From: Patescibacteria group bacterium
GTDB taxonomy: Bacteria > Patescibacteriota > Patescibacteriia > UBA2591 > JAQUPP01
Direction: 5' to 3'
Length of the DNA: 64,000 nt
Assembly: GCA_028716665.1 (NCBI GenBank)
Contig: JAQUPP010000001.1
Location: 477,046 to 541,045 of the forward strand
Shown here: positions 45,627 through 54,724 of the stretch, piece by piece
Position numbering within the stretch: position 1 is the first letter of the stretch
Layout of the letters: each line of letters begins with the position of its first letter
The notes under the pieces: model-generated
The model's database searches: none
The model's input: the letters and a program-made list of their open reading frames with translations, nothing else
Told to the model about the DNA's origin: nothing
Program-made: the position numbers and the translations under genes

Positions 45627-47351
45627 ATGGCAATTTCTAACGGGGTGAACAATAAAAAATGGGAGTTATCCCAAAAAATGCCAAATGATTTTAAAGATAA
45701 ATTTCCGGAAATTCATCCGGTGATTTTGCAATTGTTTTACAGTCGCGGACTTAAAACCCAAGAAGTGATTGATGAATTTCTTTTGCCTGATTATTCGCAA
45801 GACTTGCACGATCCTTTTATTTTTCAAGATATGGCCAAAGCGGTAGACAGAATTTATCAGGCCATTGAAAAAAAAGAAAAAATTTTAATTTACGGAGATT
45901 ATGATGCTGACGGAGTCACGTCTTCAGCTGTTCTGTTCAATGCTTTCACAAAATTGGGGACGGAATTTTTAAAAGTGTATATACCAGATCGAGAAAAAGA
46001 AGGATACAGCTTGCATAAAAAAGCGATTGAAAAATTTATTGAAGAGGGAATCAATTTGATTGTTACTTGCGATTGCGGCACTACGAATAAAGAAGAAGTG
46101 GAACAAATAAATCAGGCAAAGATGGATATTATTATCACTGATCATCATCCCACCACTCAAGAACTGCCCCCGGCTTATGCTATTATTAATCCTCAATTGC
46201 CGCGCGAAAAATATCCATTTCGTTCTTTGGCTGGCGTGGGAGTTGCCTTTAAATTGATTCAAGCTTTATTAAAAGATAAAAGATGCTTAATTCCGAATAA
46301 AGAATCTTTTGAAAAATGGATACTTGATTTGGTGGCTATCGGCACTATTTCTGACGTTATGCCGCTTTTGGGCGAGAATAGAACTTTAGTTAAATATGGA
46401 TTGGTTGTTTTGAATAAAACTTCCAATATAGGTTTAAAAGCTTTAATCACTCAGGCAGGCTTGACTTTGGGCGCGCTGGATACTTGGAGTGTTAATTTTC
46501 AAATTGGGCCCAGAATTAATGCCGCGGGCCGAGTCAGTCACGCTAATGATGTTTTAAACTTATTTTTAGAGACAGACCAGGAGAAGGTTAATGATTTAGC
46601 TATACATTTAAATTCTTTGAATACAAAACGGCAAAAGGCGGTGGATAAAATTTTAAAAGATATTAAAAAATCTCTAGGCGAAGAGGTTAAAGATAAAATA
46701 ATTGTGGTTTGCGGTGAAGATTGGCCAGCCGGTCTTCTGGCAATAATTGCCGGAAATTTAATGGATAAATATTTTAGACCGGCAATAGCTATATCAATTC
46801 ATAAGGAAGAAATATCTATGCGAGGTTCGGGCAGATCCATTCATGGTTTTGATTTGGCTAAAGTTTTAGAAAAATTTCATCATTACTTTTCTCATTATGG
46901 CGGCCACGCAAAAGCTTGCGGTTTTACATTGAAAGATAAAAATAATTTGGAAATTTTTATTAAAGAATTGACTCAACTGGCAAATGATAAATTAAAGGAT
47001 GAAGATTTGTGTCCAAGACTTTCAATTGACGCGGAAGTTAGTTTATCCGAAGTTGATTGGAGTTTATATGACGACTTAAAAAAACTTGAACCGTTTGGAC
47101 AGAATAATAATTGCCCTAATTTTTTGGTTTCCAATGTTAAATTGGACAATATTGAATCAGTCGGAAAAACCAGTCAGCATTCCAGATTAATCATTGAGAA
47201 GAGAAAAATGATTTATTTTAACGGCAATCAAAAAATGACTGAATTGAAAATAGGTGATAAAATAGATGTGGTGTTTCAACTAAGTATTAATCAGTGGAAC
47301 GGCCAGCAAGAATTGCAAATGAAAATTGTTGATATTAAAAAAGCTAACTAA
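45627..47351 (+). CDS. recJ: Single-stranded-DNA-specific exonuclease RecJ
   Basis: DHH motifs (ILIYGDYDADGVTSSAV, ...ITDHH...) plus a DHHA1 domain with a GGH motif. Confidence 0.85.
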   Translation: MAISNGVNNKKWELSQKMPNDFKDKFPEIHPVILQLFYSRGLKTQEVIDEFLLPDYSQDLHDPFIFQDMAKAVDRIYQAIEKKEKILIYGDYDADGVTSSAVLFNAFTKLGTEFLKVYIPDREKEGYSLHKKAIEKFIEEGINLIVTCDCGTTNKEEVEQINQAKMDIIITDHHPTTQELPPAYAIINPQLPREKYPFRSLAGVGVAFKLIQALLKDKRCLIPNKESFEKWILDLVAIGTISDVMPLLGENRTLVKYGLVVLNKTSNIGLKALITQAGLTLGALDTWSVNFQIGPRINAAGRVSHANDVLNLFLETDQEKVNDLAIHLNSLNTKRQKAVDKILKDIKKSLGEEVKDKIIVVCGEDWPAGLLAIIAGNLMDKYFRPAIAISIHKEEISMRGSGRSIHGFDLAKVLEKFHHYFSHYGGHAKACGFTLKDKNNLEIFIKELTQLANDKLKDEDLCPRLSIDAEVSLSEVDWSLYDDLKKLEPFGQNNNCPNFLVSNVKLDNIESVGKTSQHSRLIIEKRKMIYFNGNQKMTELKIGDKIDVVFQLSINQWNGQQELQMKIVDIKKAN

Positions 47352-47362
47352 GCTTATATACT

Positions 47363-47767
47363 ATGAAACTTATATTATATACAGATGGAGGCGCGAGAGG
47401 CAATCCCGGTCCGGCCGGCGCGGGGGGTGTAATTTATGATACTGACAAAAAAGTCGTAAAAAAATTTGCCCAATTTTTAGGCAAAGCAACCAATAATCAG
47501 GCTGAATATCAGGCCCTGGTTTTAGGGTTGGAATTGGCCAAAAAATTGTCCGCAAGTGAAGTAGATTGTTATTTGGACAGTTTATTGGTGGTTGAACAGA
47601 TGAATCAAAAATGGAAAATAAAAAATAAAGAATTAAGCGTTTTATTTGTTAAGGTTTGGAATCTTGCACAATCTTTTGAAAAAGTTAATTTTTATCATAT
47701 CCCGCGCGAAAAAAATGAGGAAGCGGATAAACTAGTTAATGAAATTATTGACAAAAATACTCTTTGA
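47363..47767 (+). CDS. rnhA: Ribonuclease HI
   Basis: LYTDGGARGNPGPAGAGGVIYD... with the RNase H type 1 catalytic DEDD pattern. Confidence 0.85.
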   Translation: MKLILYTDGGARGNPGPAGAGGVIYDTDKKVVKKFAQFLGKATNNQAEYQALVLGLELAKKLSASEVDCYLDSLLVVEQMNQKWKIKNKELSVLFVKVWNLAQSFEKVNFYHIPREKNEEADKLVNEIIDKNTL

Positions 47768-47828
47768 TATTGACAAAAATTAAAAATAATTTAAAATTAA
47801 ATGCAAATAGTTCTTTAAGGAGGTAATT

Positions 47829-48128
47829 ATGCAAAAACAAGAATGGTCAATAGAGAAACCATGGTGCGTATGTCTTGGATCATCAGGTCCAATATTTATC
47901 GGTAAAGTGCAAGAAGATGATATTGGAGGTGTTTACGTAAAACGCTCAGAAAAACCAGGATATTACAGGGAACTATGGAATCCGCCGTATGTTTTGAGAT
48001 TTGAAACAATAATTGAGGCAATTATAAAATTTGCCAATCTTTCTCATAAACATTTGAGACAAATAAAAGATAGCGCATTATTCTGTTTTCCATCTGAAGA
48101 AGAACGCATTCAGGAGATTAAATCCTAG
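47829..48128 (+). CDS. Hypothetical protein (99 aa)
   Basis: Strong SD TAAGGAGGT. A perfect terminator hairpin follows at 48150-48182. Confidence 0.5.
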   Translation: MQKQEWSIEKPWCVCLGSSGPIFIGKVQEDDIGGVYVKRSEKPGYYRELWNPPYVLRFETIIEAIIKFANLSHKHLRQIKDSALFCFPSEEERIQEIKS

Positions 48129-48149
48129 GATGCACGGTTTTTGTAAAAG

Positions 48150-48182
48150 AGGGGTATAGGCGCCTACCCCTCTTTTTTATTT
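48150..48182 (+). terminator. Rho-independent terminator
   Basis: AAAGAGGGGTAGGCGCCTACCCCTCTTTTTT. Confidence 0.8.
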
Positions 48183-48198
48183 TTAAAAAACTAGAAGA

Positions 48199-48227
48199 TT
48201 GACAAATACATGATTTTCTGCTATTAT
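48199..48227 (+). promoter_or_regulatory. Near-consensus promoter for rnpB
   Basis: TTGACA, 17 nt, TATTAT. Confidence 0.5.
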
Positions 48228-48235
48228 TTAACAGC

Positions 48236-48628
48236 AGACTGGATAATTGCCCCCCACCACTTTTAGACCTTATTTATGTTTATTTATTATAGAGTCTAAA
48301 AGTGGTGCGGGGAGGAAAGTCCGAACACTTCCCTGGCTTTAGTCAGGGAGCAGGGTAGCGGGTAACGCCCGTCCACAGTAATGTGAGAGGTGCGAACAGT
48401 GACGCCGCAATCCGAAAGGGTTGAGGCTTCCGAACTTGTTCGGAAGAATCCCAAAAGTAATTTTGGGAGTGAAACGGCCAAATCCTTACCTGAGTGAAAG
48501 ACCAAAGGCTTTGTGCTTTGCACAAGGCAAGGTAGGTCGCCAGAACCTTGATGTAAATCAGGGTCCAGATAAATAATTATCGCCTTTCGGGGTACAGAAT
48601 TCGGCTTATAGGTCTACAACAAAAAAAT
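48236..48628 (+). ncRNA. rnpB: RNase P RNA (bacterial type A)
   Basis: The P4 strands GGAGGAAAGTCCGAAC and ACAGAATTCGGCTTA are universally conserved. GGGTAACGCCCGTCC (P10-P12 region). A 15-bp P3 hairpin with an AT-rich loop lies at 48256-48312. A terminator hairpin follows at 48629-48660. The ends are approximate. Confidence 0.8.
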
Positions 48629-48660
48629 GGGCATTCTTGCCCATTTTTTATTTTTTTGAT
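48629..48660 (+). terminator. Rho-independent terminator after rnpB
   Basis: AATGGGCAttctTGCCCATT followed by a T-run. Confidence 0.7.
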
Positions 48661-48679
48661 ATACTAATACTGTATTCTT

Positions 48680-50056
48680 ATGAAAAAATCAGATCTCATA
48701 TTTTCTACAATTTTACTGCCGGTTGATTATTTAATGTTGATTTTATCGGGTATTTTTGTTTATTATTTAAGATTTGCCGCTTTAACCGAGTTGCGGCCGG
48801 TAATTTACGAAATACCGTTTGGCAGATTTTTTATTACCATTATTTTTGTCGCCTTGACTTGGTTGGGAGTTTTTGCTTTAACCGGATTATATGCTTTGGG
48901 AGAAAGAAGGCATTTTTCTCAAGAATTCGGCAAGATTTTTTTGGCTTCCACGGTTGGGATAATGTTGATTGTTCTTTTTATATTTTTTAATGGTATTTAT
49001 TTTTCTTCCCGTTTTATTATTTTGGCCTGTTGGATTATGGCGATTGTTTTTGTCAGTTTGGGCAGAATCTCGGTTCATCTTATACAATTACTTTCTTATC
49101 GGCGCGGTAAAGGATTGGAGCCGATTTTAATTTTTGGAAAAGGAAAAATTGCCGAAGAAATAATGCAAAATATTAAAAATAATTCAGGTTTGGGTTATAA
49201 AATTTTAGACAACCCGTTAACAATTGATGAGCTTTTAATAAAATGGAAAAATCAAGCCAGTAATATTACTCAAATTATTCAGGCAGATCCTAATCTCGAA
49301 CAAGATCAAGCATTAAAATTGATTGATTTTTGCAATGAACATCAAATCACGCTTAAATATATACCTAATGTTTTTGGGACATTATTCAGTAATATAAGAA
49401 CTGAAACTTTTTGCGGTTTGCCGATTATTTCCATTAAAAGAACCGCGTTGGAAGGATGGGGAAGGGTGATAAAAAGATCTATTGATATAATTTTATCAAT
49501 TTTCAGTTTGATAATCCTGTTGCCGTTTTTTTTGATTATCGCAATATTGATTAAATTAAATTCAAAAGGGCCGGTTTTTGTAAAATTAAAAAGAGTGGGA
49601 GGGCGCGGAAAAAAATTCAAACTTTATAAGTTTCGTTCAATGGTTAATAATGCGGAAGTTTTTAAAAAAGATTTAATGAAATATAATGAACGTACCGGAC
49701 CGCTTTTTAAAATAAAAAATGATCCGCGCATTACCAAGGTTGGTAAATTTATTCGCCGTTATTCAATTGACGAATTGCCTCAACTTTTCAATGTTTTAAA
49801 AGGAGAAATGAGTTTGGTGGGGCCTCGGCCGCATGAACCGGAAGAAGTGGAAAGTTATCAAAAACATTATAAGCAACTGTTGATTTTAAAACCGGGCATT
49901 ACCGGTTTGGCGCAAATTTCGGGTCGTTCCGCTTTATCCTTTGAAGAAGAAGCAGAACTGGATATTTATTATATTGAAAATTGGTCTTTAAGCTTAGATC
50001 TGCAAATTTTATTAAAAACAATACCTGTTGTTTTAAGCGCCCGAGATGCCGCATAA
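48680..50056 (+). CDS. Undecaprenyl-phosphate sugar phosphotransferase (WbaP/bacterial sugar transferase family)
   Basis: N-terminal TM block plus a C-terminal domain with ...PGITGLAQISGRS... and ...SLVGPRPHEPEE.... Confidence 0.8.
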   Translation: MKKSDLIFSTILLPVDYLMLILSGIFVYYLRFAALTELRPVIYEIPFGRFFITIIFVALTWLGVFALTGLYALGERRHFSQEFGKIFLASTVGIMLIVLFIFFNGIYFSSRFIILACWIMAIVFVSLGRISVHLIQLLSYRRGKGLEPILIFGKGKIAEEIMQNIKNNSGLGYKILDNPLTIDELLIKWKNQASNITQIIQADPNLEQDQALKLIDFCNEHQITLKYIPNVFGTLFSNIRTETFCGLPIISIKRTALEGWGRVIKRSIDIILSIFSLIILLPFFLIIAILIKLNSKGPVFVKLKRVGGRGKKFKLYKFRSMVNNAEVFKKDLMKYNERTGPLFKIKNDPRITKVGKFIRRYSIDELPQLFNVLKGEMSLVGPRPHEPEEVESYQKHYKQLLILKPGITGLAQISGRSALSFEEEAELDIYYIENWSLSLDLQILLKTIPVVLSARDAA

Positions 50057-50071
50057 TAATTTAATAAAAAA

Positions 50072-51592
50072 ATGAAAAAATTAGAATTAGAAACAATAAT
50101 CGGTTTGGAAATTCATTTGGAAAGCAAAACTCAGAGCAAGCTTTTTTGTTCTTGTTCCAATAATACCAAATTAACCGAACCGAATGTTCAGATTTGCCCG
50201 ATTTGTCTGGGTCAACCCGGCGTATTGCCTGTATTTAATAAAGAAGCTTTAAAAAATGTTTTGATTTTAGGATTGGCATTAAAAGGAAAAATAAATTTAA
50301 TTTCTTGGTTTGACAGAAAAAATTATTTTTATCCAGACTTGCCGAAGGGTTATCAAGTCAGCCAATACAGTTTGCCTTTTATCAAAGGCGGATGCGTTGA
50401 AATTGACAGCGCGGATGGCATCAGAAAAATATCTTTGGAAAGAATTCATCTTGAAGAAGATACGGCCAAACTGATACATTCTTCTGATGATCAATGGAGT
50501 TTGCTTGATTTTAATCGGGCCGGCGTGCCGTTGATGGAGATAGTGACAGAACCGTGTCTAAAATCTCCATTTGAAGCAAAAATATTTTTACAAGAACTTC
50601 GCACCATTGCCAGATATTTGAATATTTCCGAAGCAGATATGGAAAAAGGACAATTTCGCTGCGACGCCAATATTTCATTAAGGCCGCAAGGAGAGAAAAA
50701 ATATTTTCCAAAAACGGAAATTAAAAATTTAAATTCGTTTAAAGCGGTGGAAGATGCCTTGGAATATGAAATAGAAAGACAAACAAAACTTTGGCAAGAA
50801 AAAAAACAACCCAAAATATCGTCTACTCGGGGCTGGAATGAAAAGAAAAAAAATACTTATCCTCAGAGAAGCAAAGAAGATGTCCAAGATTATCGTTATT
50901 TTCCCGAGCCGGATCTTCCCTCAATTGATTTTAATGAACTTAAAAAAGAGGATATAGATTTGGAGCTATTGGAAAAAAATATTATTGAATTACCCGGAAT
51001 TCGCAAGAAACGCCTTATTCAAATGTATAATTTTTCTTCAATTGATGCGAATATTTTAATTGAAAATAAAGGATTGGTTGATTTTATTGAAGAAACACTG
51101 GTTAAATTAAGAGAATGGATTGTTTCTACTGATATAATTGATGGCACGGAAGAGGAAATTTGGGAAACATCCAAACATCAAATTTCAAAAGTAACCGCCA
51201 ATTGGCTGATTAATCGTCTATTACCCTTACTTAAAAAGGCGGGAAAAAATGAAAAAGATATTTCATCGGAAAAATTCGTTGAATTCATTGTTTTGATTTA
51301 TGAAAAAAAGATTTCAAGCACTCTGGCGCAGACGATACTGGAAAGAATGTTTATTAAAGATGAAAATTTGAGCCAAATTATGGATCATCCCAGTGTTAAA
51401 CAAATTGACAGCGAAGATAATTTAATTGATATTGTAAAAGAGGTTATTAAAAATAACCAAGATACGGTTATTAGATATAAACAGGGGAAACACCAGGTTG
51501 TTCAATATCTGATCGGACAAGTAATGAAAAAGACCAACGGGCAGGCAAATCCCAAGTTGGTCCAGGAATTATTTGAGAAAGAATTAAGCTAA
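50072..51592 (+). CDS. gatB: Asp-tRNA(Asn)/Glu-tRNA(Gln) amidotransferase subunit B
   Basis: IIGLEIHLESKTQSKLFCSCS...PGVLPV... plus a C-terminal GatB/YqeY domain. Confidence 0.9.
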   Translation: MKKLELETIIGLEIHLESKTQSKLFCSCSNNTKLTEPNVQICPICLGQPGVLPVFNKEALKNVLILGLALKGKINLISWFDRKNYFYPDLPKGYQVSQYSLPFIKGGCVEIDSADGIRKISLERIHLEEDTAKLIHSSDDQWSLLDFNRAGVPLMEIVTEPCLKSPFEAKIFLQELRTIARYLNISEADMEKGQFRCDANISLRPQGEKKYFPKTEIKNLNSFKAVEDALEYEIERQTKLWQEKKQPKISSTRGWNEKKKNTYPQRSKEDVQDYRYFPEPDLPSIDFNELKKEDIDLELLEKNIIELPGIRKKRLIQMYNFSSIDANILIENKGLVDFIEETLVKLREWIVSTDIIDGTEEEIWETSKHQISKVTANWLINRLLPLLKKAGKNEKDISSEKFVEFIVLIYEKKISSTLAQTILERMFIKDENLSQIMDHPSVKQIDSEDNLIDIVKEVIKNNQDTVIRYKQGKHQVVQYLIGQVMKKTNGQANPKLVQELFEKELS

Positions 51593-52567
51593 AAATTTTT
51601 TAATTAAAATTTGAGCTTGGTTTAATTTTTTAATCCACTTTATACGTTTGTCGCGTTTAAACCATGTAATTTGACGCTTGGCATAATGCCGAGTGTTTTT
51701 TTTAATCAAATCTGTGGCTTCAGGAAGAGTTATTTCATTTCGCAGATAAGAAATAATTTCTTTATAACCGATTCCGCTAAAAGCCCGCGAATGAGCAAGA
51801 CCTGTCTTTGCCAAGGCTCCGGTAGGCAGGTATTTTTTTATCAATTTTTTAACTTCATCTATTAATCCTATATCAATCATTTTATCAACGCGCTGATTGA
51901 TTTTTTGATATAAAGTCTGACGAGGCAAATTGATGCCGATTAAAAGAGTTTTAAAAAGCGGTTCACCTTTTTGACGCGCCTGAGAGAAAGGTTTTTTGGT
52001 TTTTAAACAAACTTCCAGGGCGCGAATAACGCGGCGAATATTTTCTTTTTGAATGAATTTTTTTGCTTCAGGGTCAAGTTTGATTAATTTTTTCCAGAGG
52101 TAATCAGGTCCGTATTGATTAGCCATTTTTTCCAGTTTTTTTCTTAATTTTTCATCAGGCGCGATTGCCGGAATATCAAAATTATCCACCAGAGAGCTGA
52201 TATATAAACCGGTTCCGCCCACTAAAAACGGAGTTTTATTTCTTTTTTGAATATCATCAATGATTTCTATCGCTTTTTGTTTGAATTGCGCTACGGTGAA
52301 TTCTTGATTCGGCTGTATAATATCAATCATGTGATGCTGAATTCCATTAATAATATATCTGTTCCGGGTTTTGGGCACTGCTTTGGCGGTACCAATATCC
52401 ATTCCTTTATAAATTGTCCGGCTGTCGGCGCAAATAATTTCTACGCCATGCCAGCCCGAGGCTGGTCGGCCTTGGGCCGAAATTTTTTTTGCCAATTTTA
52501 AAGCTATATCAGTTTTGCCTGAAGCGGTAGGACCTAAAATAACAATGAGTTTTTTACGATTTGACAT
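51584..52567 (-). CDS. miaA: tRNA dimethylallyltransferase
   Basis: P-loop LIVILGPTASGKT, then ...ICADSRTIYKGMDIGTAK.... It carries a 12-aa in-frame insertion (see the repeat at 52449-52490). Confidence 0.85.
   Translation of the reverse strand: MSNRKKLIVILGPTASGKTDIALKLAKKISAQGRPASGWHGVEIICADSRTIYKGMDIGTAKAVPKTRNRYIINGIQHHMIDIIQPNQEFTVAQFKQKAIEIIDDIQKRNKTPFLVGGTGLYISSLVDNFDIPAIAPDEKLRKKLEKMANQYGPDYLWKKLIKLDPEAKKFIQKENIRRVIRALEVCLKTKKPFSQARQKGEPLFKTLLIGINLPRQTLYQKINQRVDKMIDIGLIDEVKKLIKKYLPTGALAKTGLAHSRAFSGIGYKEIISYLRNEITLPEATDLIKKNTRHYAKRQITWFKRDKRIKWIKKLNQAQILIKKFLA
52449..52490. repeat. In-frame GC-rich palindromic insertion element inside miaA, copy 2 of 3
   Basis: The plus strand reads gccaGCCCGAGGCtggtcgGCCTTGGGCcgaaatttttttt. 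On the minus strand it encodes SAQGRPASGWHG between the P-loop and the ICADS segment. Confidence 0.6.
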
Positions 52568-52607
52568 AACAAATACTTCATTTATACTTAAAGAATCAGT
52601 TAAATTT

Positions 52608-53369
52608 ATGAATATTTTTATAAAAACATTACTTGGCGAAACTCATCCTCTTAATTTATTGTTTTATTTATTGCTTTGCGCCGGCCCGACATTATTATGG
52701 TTCTTCTTTTGTTTAAGATTTGATCGCCGGCAGCCGGAACCAAAACGCGAGATTTTTAAATTTTTCAGTTTGGGGGCGATTATTACCATCCCTTTAATTT
52801 TTATTGCCGGGCCAATAACGAATTGGGTGGAACAAAATTTGTTATTAAATTCAATTTTAATAATTTTTATTTTGTCTTTTTTGGTTGATGGCCTGATTGA
52901 AGAATTGGCTAAATACGTTTTATTAAATTGGAGTCTTTATCGTTGCCGTTATTTTGATGAGATAAAAGACGGTTTTGTTTACGGTATGAGTCTCAGTTTG
53001 GGTTTGGCATTTACGGAAAATATTCTTTATGCTCTTTTTTCTAAAGATTTAGCCAACGGATCTGTGATTTTATTATTCAGGGGTTTCACCACTACTTTTA
53101 TGCATTATTTGTCAGGAGGAATTATCGGTTATCATTTGGCAATGGCTAAATTTTATAAGGGTAAAAGAATGACTCAGAAAATGTTTAAGTTTAGGGGTTT
53201 GATTTTAGCCATTCTGCTCCACGGATTATATAACAGCATTATCAGATTTAATTTTATGTGGGGTTTTATACCTCTGGCGATTATTCTCTGGATTGTATAT
53301 TTTATTATTGTTTACGAAATGAAAGCGACTACAAACAACCTTCTAGGCCCCACGAAGCCGCTTGAGTAA
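52608..53369 (+). CDS. PrsW-family intramembrane protease (CPBP-like)
   Basis: EELAKY (the EExxK motif), FTENxLY, an HxxxN/D-like motif (LLHGLYN) and multiple TM helices. I moved the start to the ATG at 52608 to avoid overlapping miaA. Confidence 0.5.
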   Translation: MNIFIKTLLGETHPLNLLFYLLLCAGPTLLWFFFCLRFDRRQPEPKREIFKFFSLGAIITIPLIFIAGPITNWVEQNLLLNSILIIFILSFLVDGLIEELAKYVLLNWSLYRCRYFDEIKDGFVYGMSLSLGLAFTENILYALFSKDLANGSVILLFRGFTTTFMHYLSGGIIGYHLAMAKFYKGKRMTQKMFKFRGLILAILLHGLYNSIIRFNFMWGFIPLAIILWIVYFIIVYEMKATTNNLLGPTKPLE

Positions 53370-54624
53370 TTTTTACATTGTAAAACTCGTTAATTTTTAT
53401 TAATGAGTTTTCCTGCCCAGGGCCGGTCAGCCTTGGGCTGATATTTTTTAAAAATATTTTAATATGTTTAAAAGTATCAGTCACACCGTAAAGATTATTT
53501 TTTTTATCATAACCGATTATTAACACTTCTATAATTTTTCCGATATATTTTTTATTATTTTCCAAAGCCGTTTTTTTTAAAATTTCATTTAAAATTTCTT
53601 CGCGTTGTTTTTTTTCTTCCTTGGTTACGTTATCTTTAAAAGTTTTGGCCGCCAAGGTTTGAGGACGAGGGGAGTATTGGGCAAGATAAGCCATGTCAAA
53701 TTTTAGAGAGCGCATCAATTTAGCTGTATCGTTAAATTGTTTTTTTGTTTCGCCCGGAAAACCGACAATAATGTCAGTGGAAATGCTGAGATTTTGTATT
53801 TTTCCACGAAGCTTTTTAATCAGATTCTTATAATAAGATACGGTATAATGCCGGTTCATTTTTTTAAGTATTTCGTTATTGCCGGCCTGTATCGGCAAGT
53901 GCATATATGGCCCGACTTTCTTACATTCAGCGATGGTATTAATGAGTTCGTCAGTCAAATCTTTTGGATGATTGGTGATAAATCTTAACCAAAATTTACC
54001 CGGCAAATTATCCACCATTTTTAAAAGTTGGGAAAAATTAACATCGTTTTTTTGATAAGAATTTACGTTTTGTCCCAATAAAATTATTTCTTTATAATTG
54101 TCTTTTAATAATTTTTTAATTTCGGAAATAATGATTTTTGGAGATCTGGAGGTTTCTCGGCCTCGGGTGTAGGGGACGACGCAATAAGCGCAGAAGTTGT
54201 TGCAGCCGGTCATAATCGGCACATAAGCGGTAATAGGCGAAGAAATAACGGGTAAAATGGATAAATAGTCATCGGTTTGTTTGTTCTGTTGTTTGGTTAA
54301 AAATTTTGTTAATTTTGGCAAATCTTTTATATCAAATATCAAATCAAATTTTTCTTTTAATTTATTTTTATCTTTTAAGAGAACGCAGCCGGTTAAAATA
54401 ATTTTAAGATTAGGATTCTGTTTTTTAATTCGATTAAAATTTTTAATCATTCCGTAAACCCGATCTACAGCTTTTTGGCGAACCGAACACATATTAACAA
54501 TAATCAAATCCGCCTCGTTAATTTTTGAGGTTTCTTTATATCCGATATTTTCCAAAACTGCGGCGATTCTTTCTGAATCGCTTTTATTCATTTGGCAACC
54601 GAAAGTGATAAGATTGTATTTCAT
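53329..54624 (-). CDS. miaB: tRNA-i6A37 methylthiotransferase MiaB (radical SAM)
   Basis: MKYNLITFGCQMNKSDSE (MTTase N-terminus), radical SAM CxxxCxxC (CNNFCAYC) and a C-terminal TRAM domain. The start is set at the ATG at 54622-54624; the tracked start is a TTG 30 nt upstream. The 3' end overlaps prsW by 41 nt. Confidence 0.85.
   Translation of the reverse strand: MKYNLITFGCQMNKSDSERIAAVLENIGYKETSKINEADLIIVNMCSVRQKAVDRVYGMIKNFNRIKKQNPNLKIILTGCVLLKDKNKLKEKFDLIFDIKDLPKLTKFLTKQQNKQTDDYLSILPVISSPITAYVPIMTGCNNFCAYCVVPYTRGRETSRSPKIIISEIKKLLKDNYKEIILLGQNVNSYQKNDVNFSQLLKMVDNLPGKFWLRFITNHPKDLTDELINTIAECKKVGPYMHLPIQAGNNEILKKMNRHYTVSYYKNLIKKLRGKIQNLSISTDIIVGFPGETKKQFNDTAKLMRSLKFDMAYLAQYSPRPQTLAAKTFKDNVTKEEKKQREEILNEILKKTALENNKKYIGKIIEVLIIGYDKKNNLYGVTDTFKHIKIFLKNISPRLTGPGQENSLIKINEFYNVKITQAASWGLEGCL
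53411..53449. repeat. In-frame GC-rich palindromic element inside the miaB TRAM-domain region, copy 3 of 3 (diverged)
   Basis: tcctGCCCAGGGCcggtcaGCCTTGGGCtgatatttttt, which encodes ...ISPRLTGPGQ... on the minus strand. Confidence 0.5.
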
Positions 54625-54724
54625 ATGAGTTGATAATAAATTAACGAGCCCCAAAGGGGCCCCGTTGGGGTCAACGAATCTTTTACTCGTTAACTTGCCA
54701 AACTCGTTAATTATTTTGCTTTGA

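Noticed and set aside
48296-48525. Two minus-strand ORFs (75 and 60 aa) in the ORF track
   Set aside because: They lie entirely within the RNase P RNA gene on the opposite strand and have no SD, so they are spurious.
52515-52607. Tracked start at 52515 for the PrsW-like gene
   Set aside because: It would overlap the miaA start region on the opposite strand by 53 nt. The ATG at 52608 just precedes the first TM helix.
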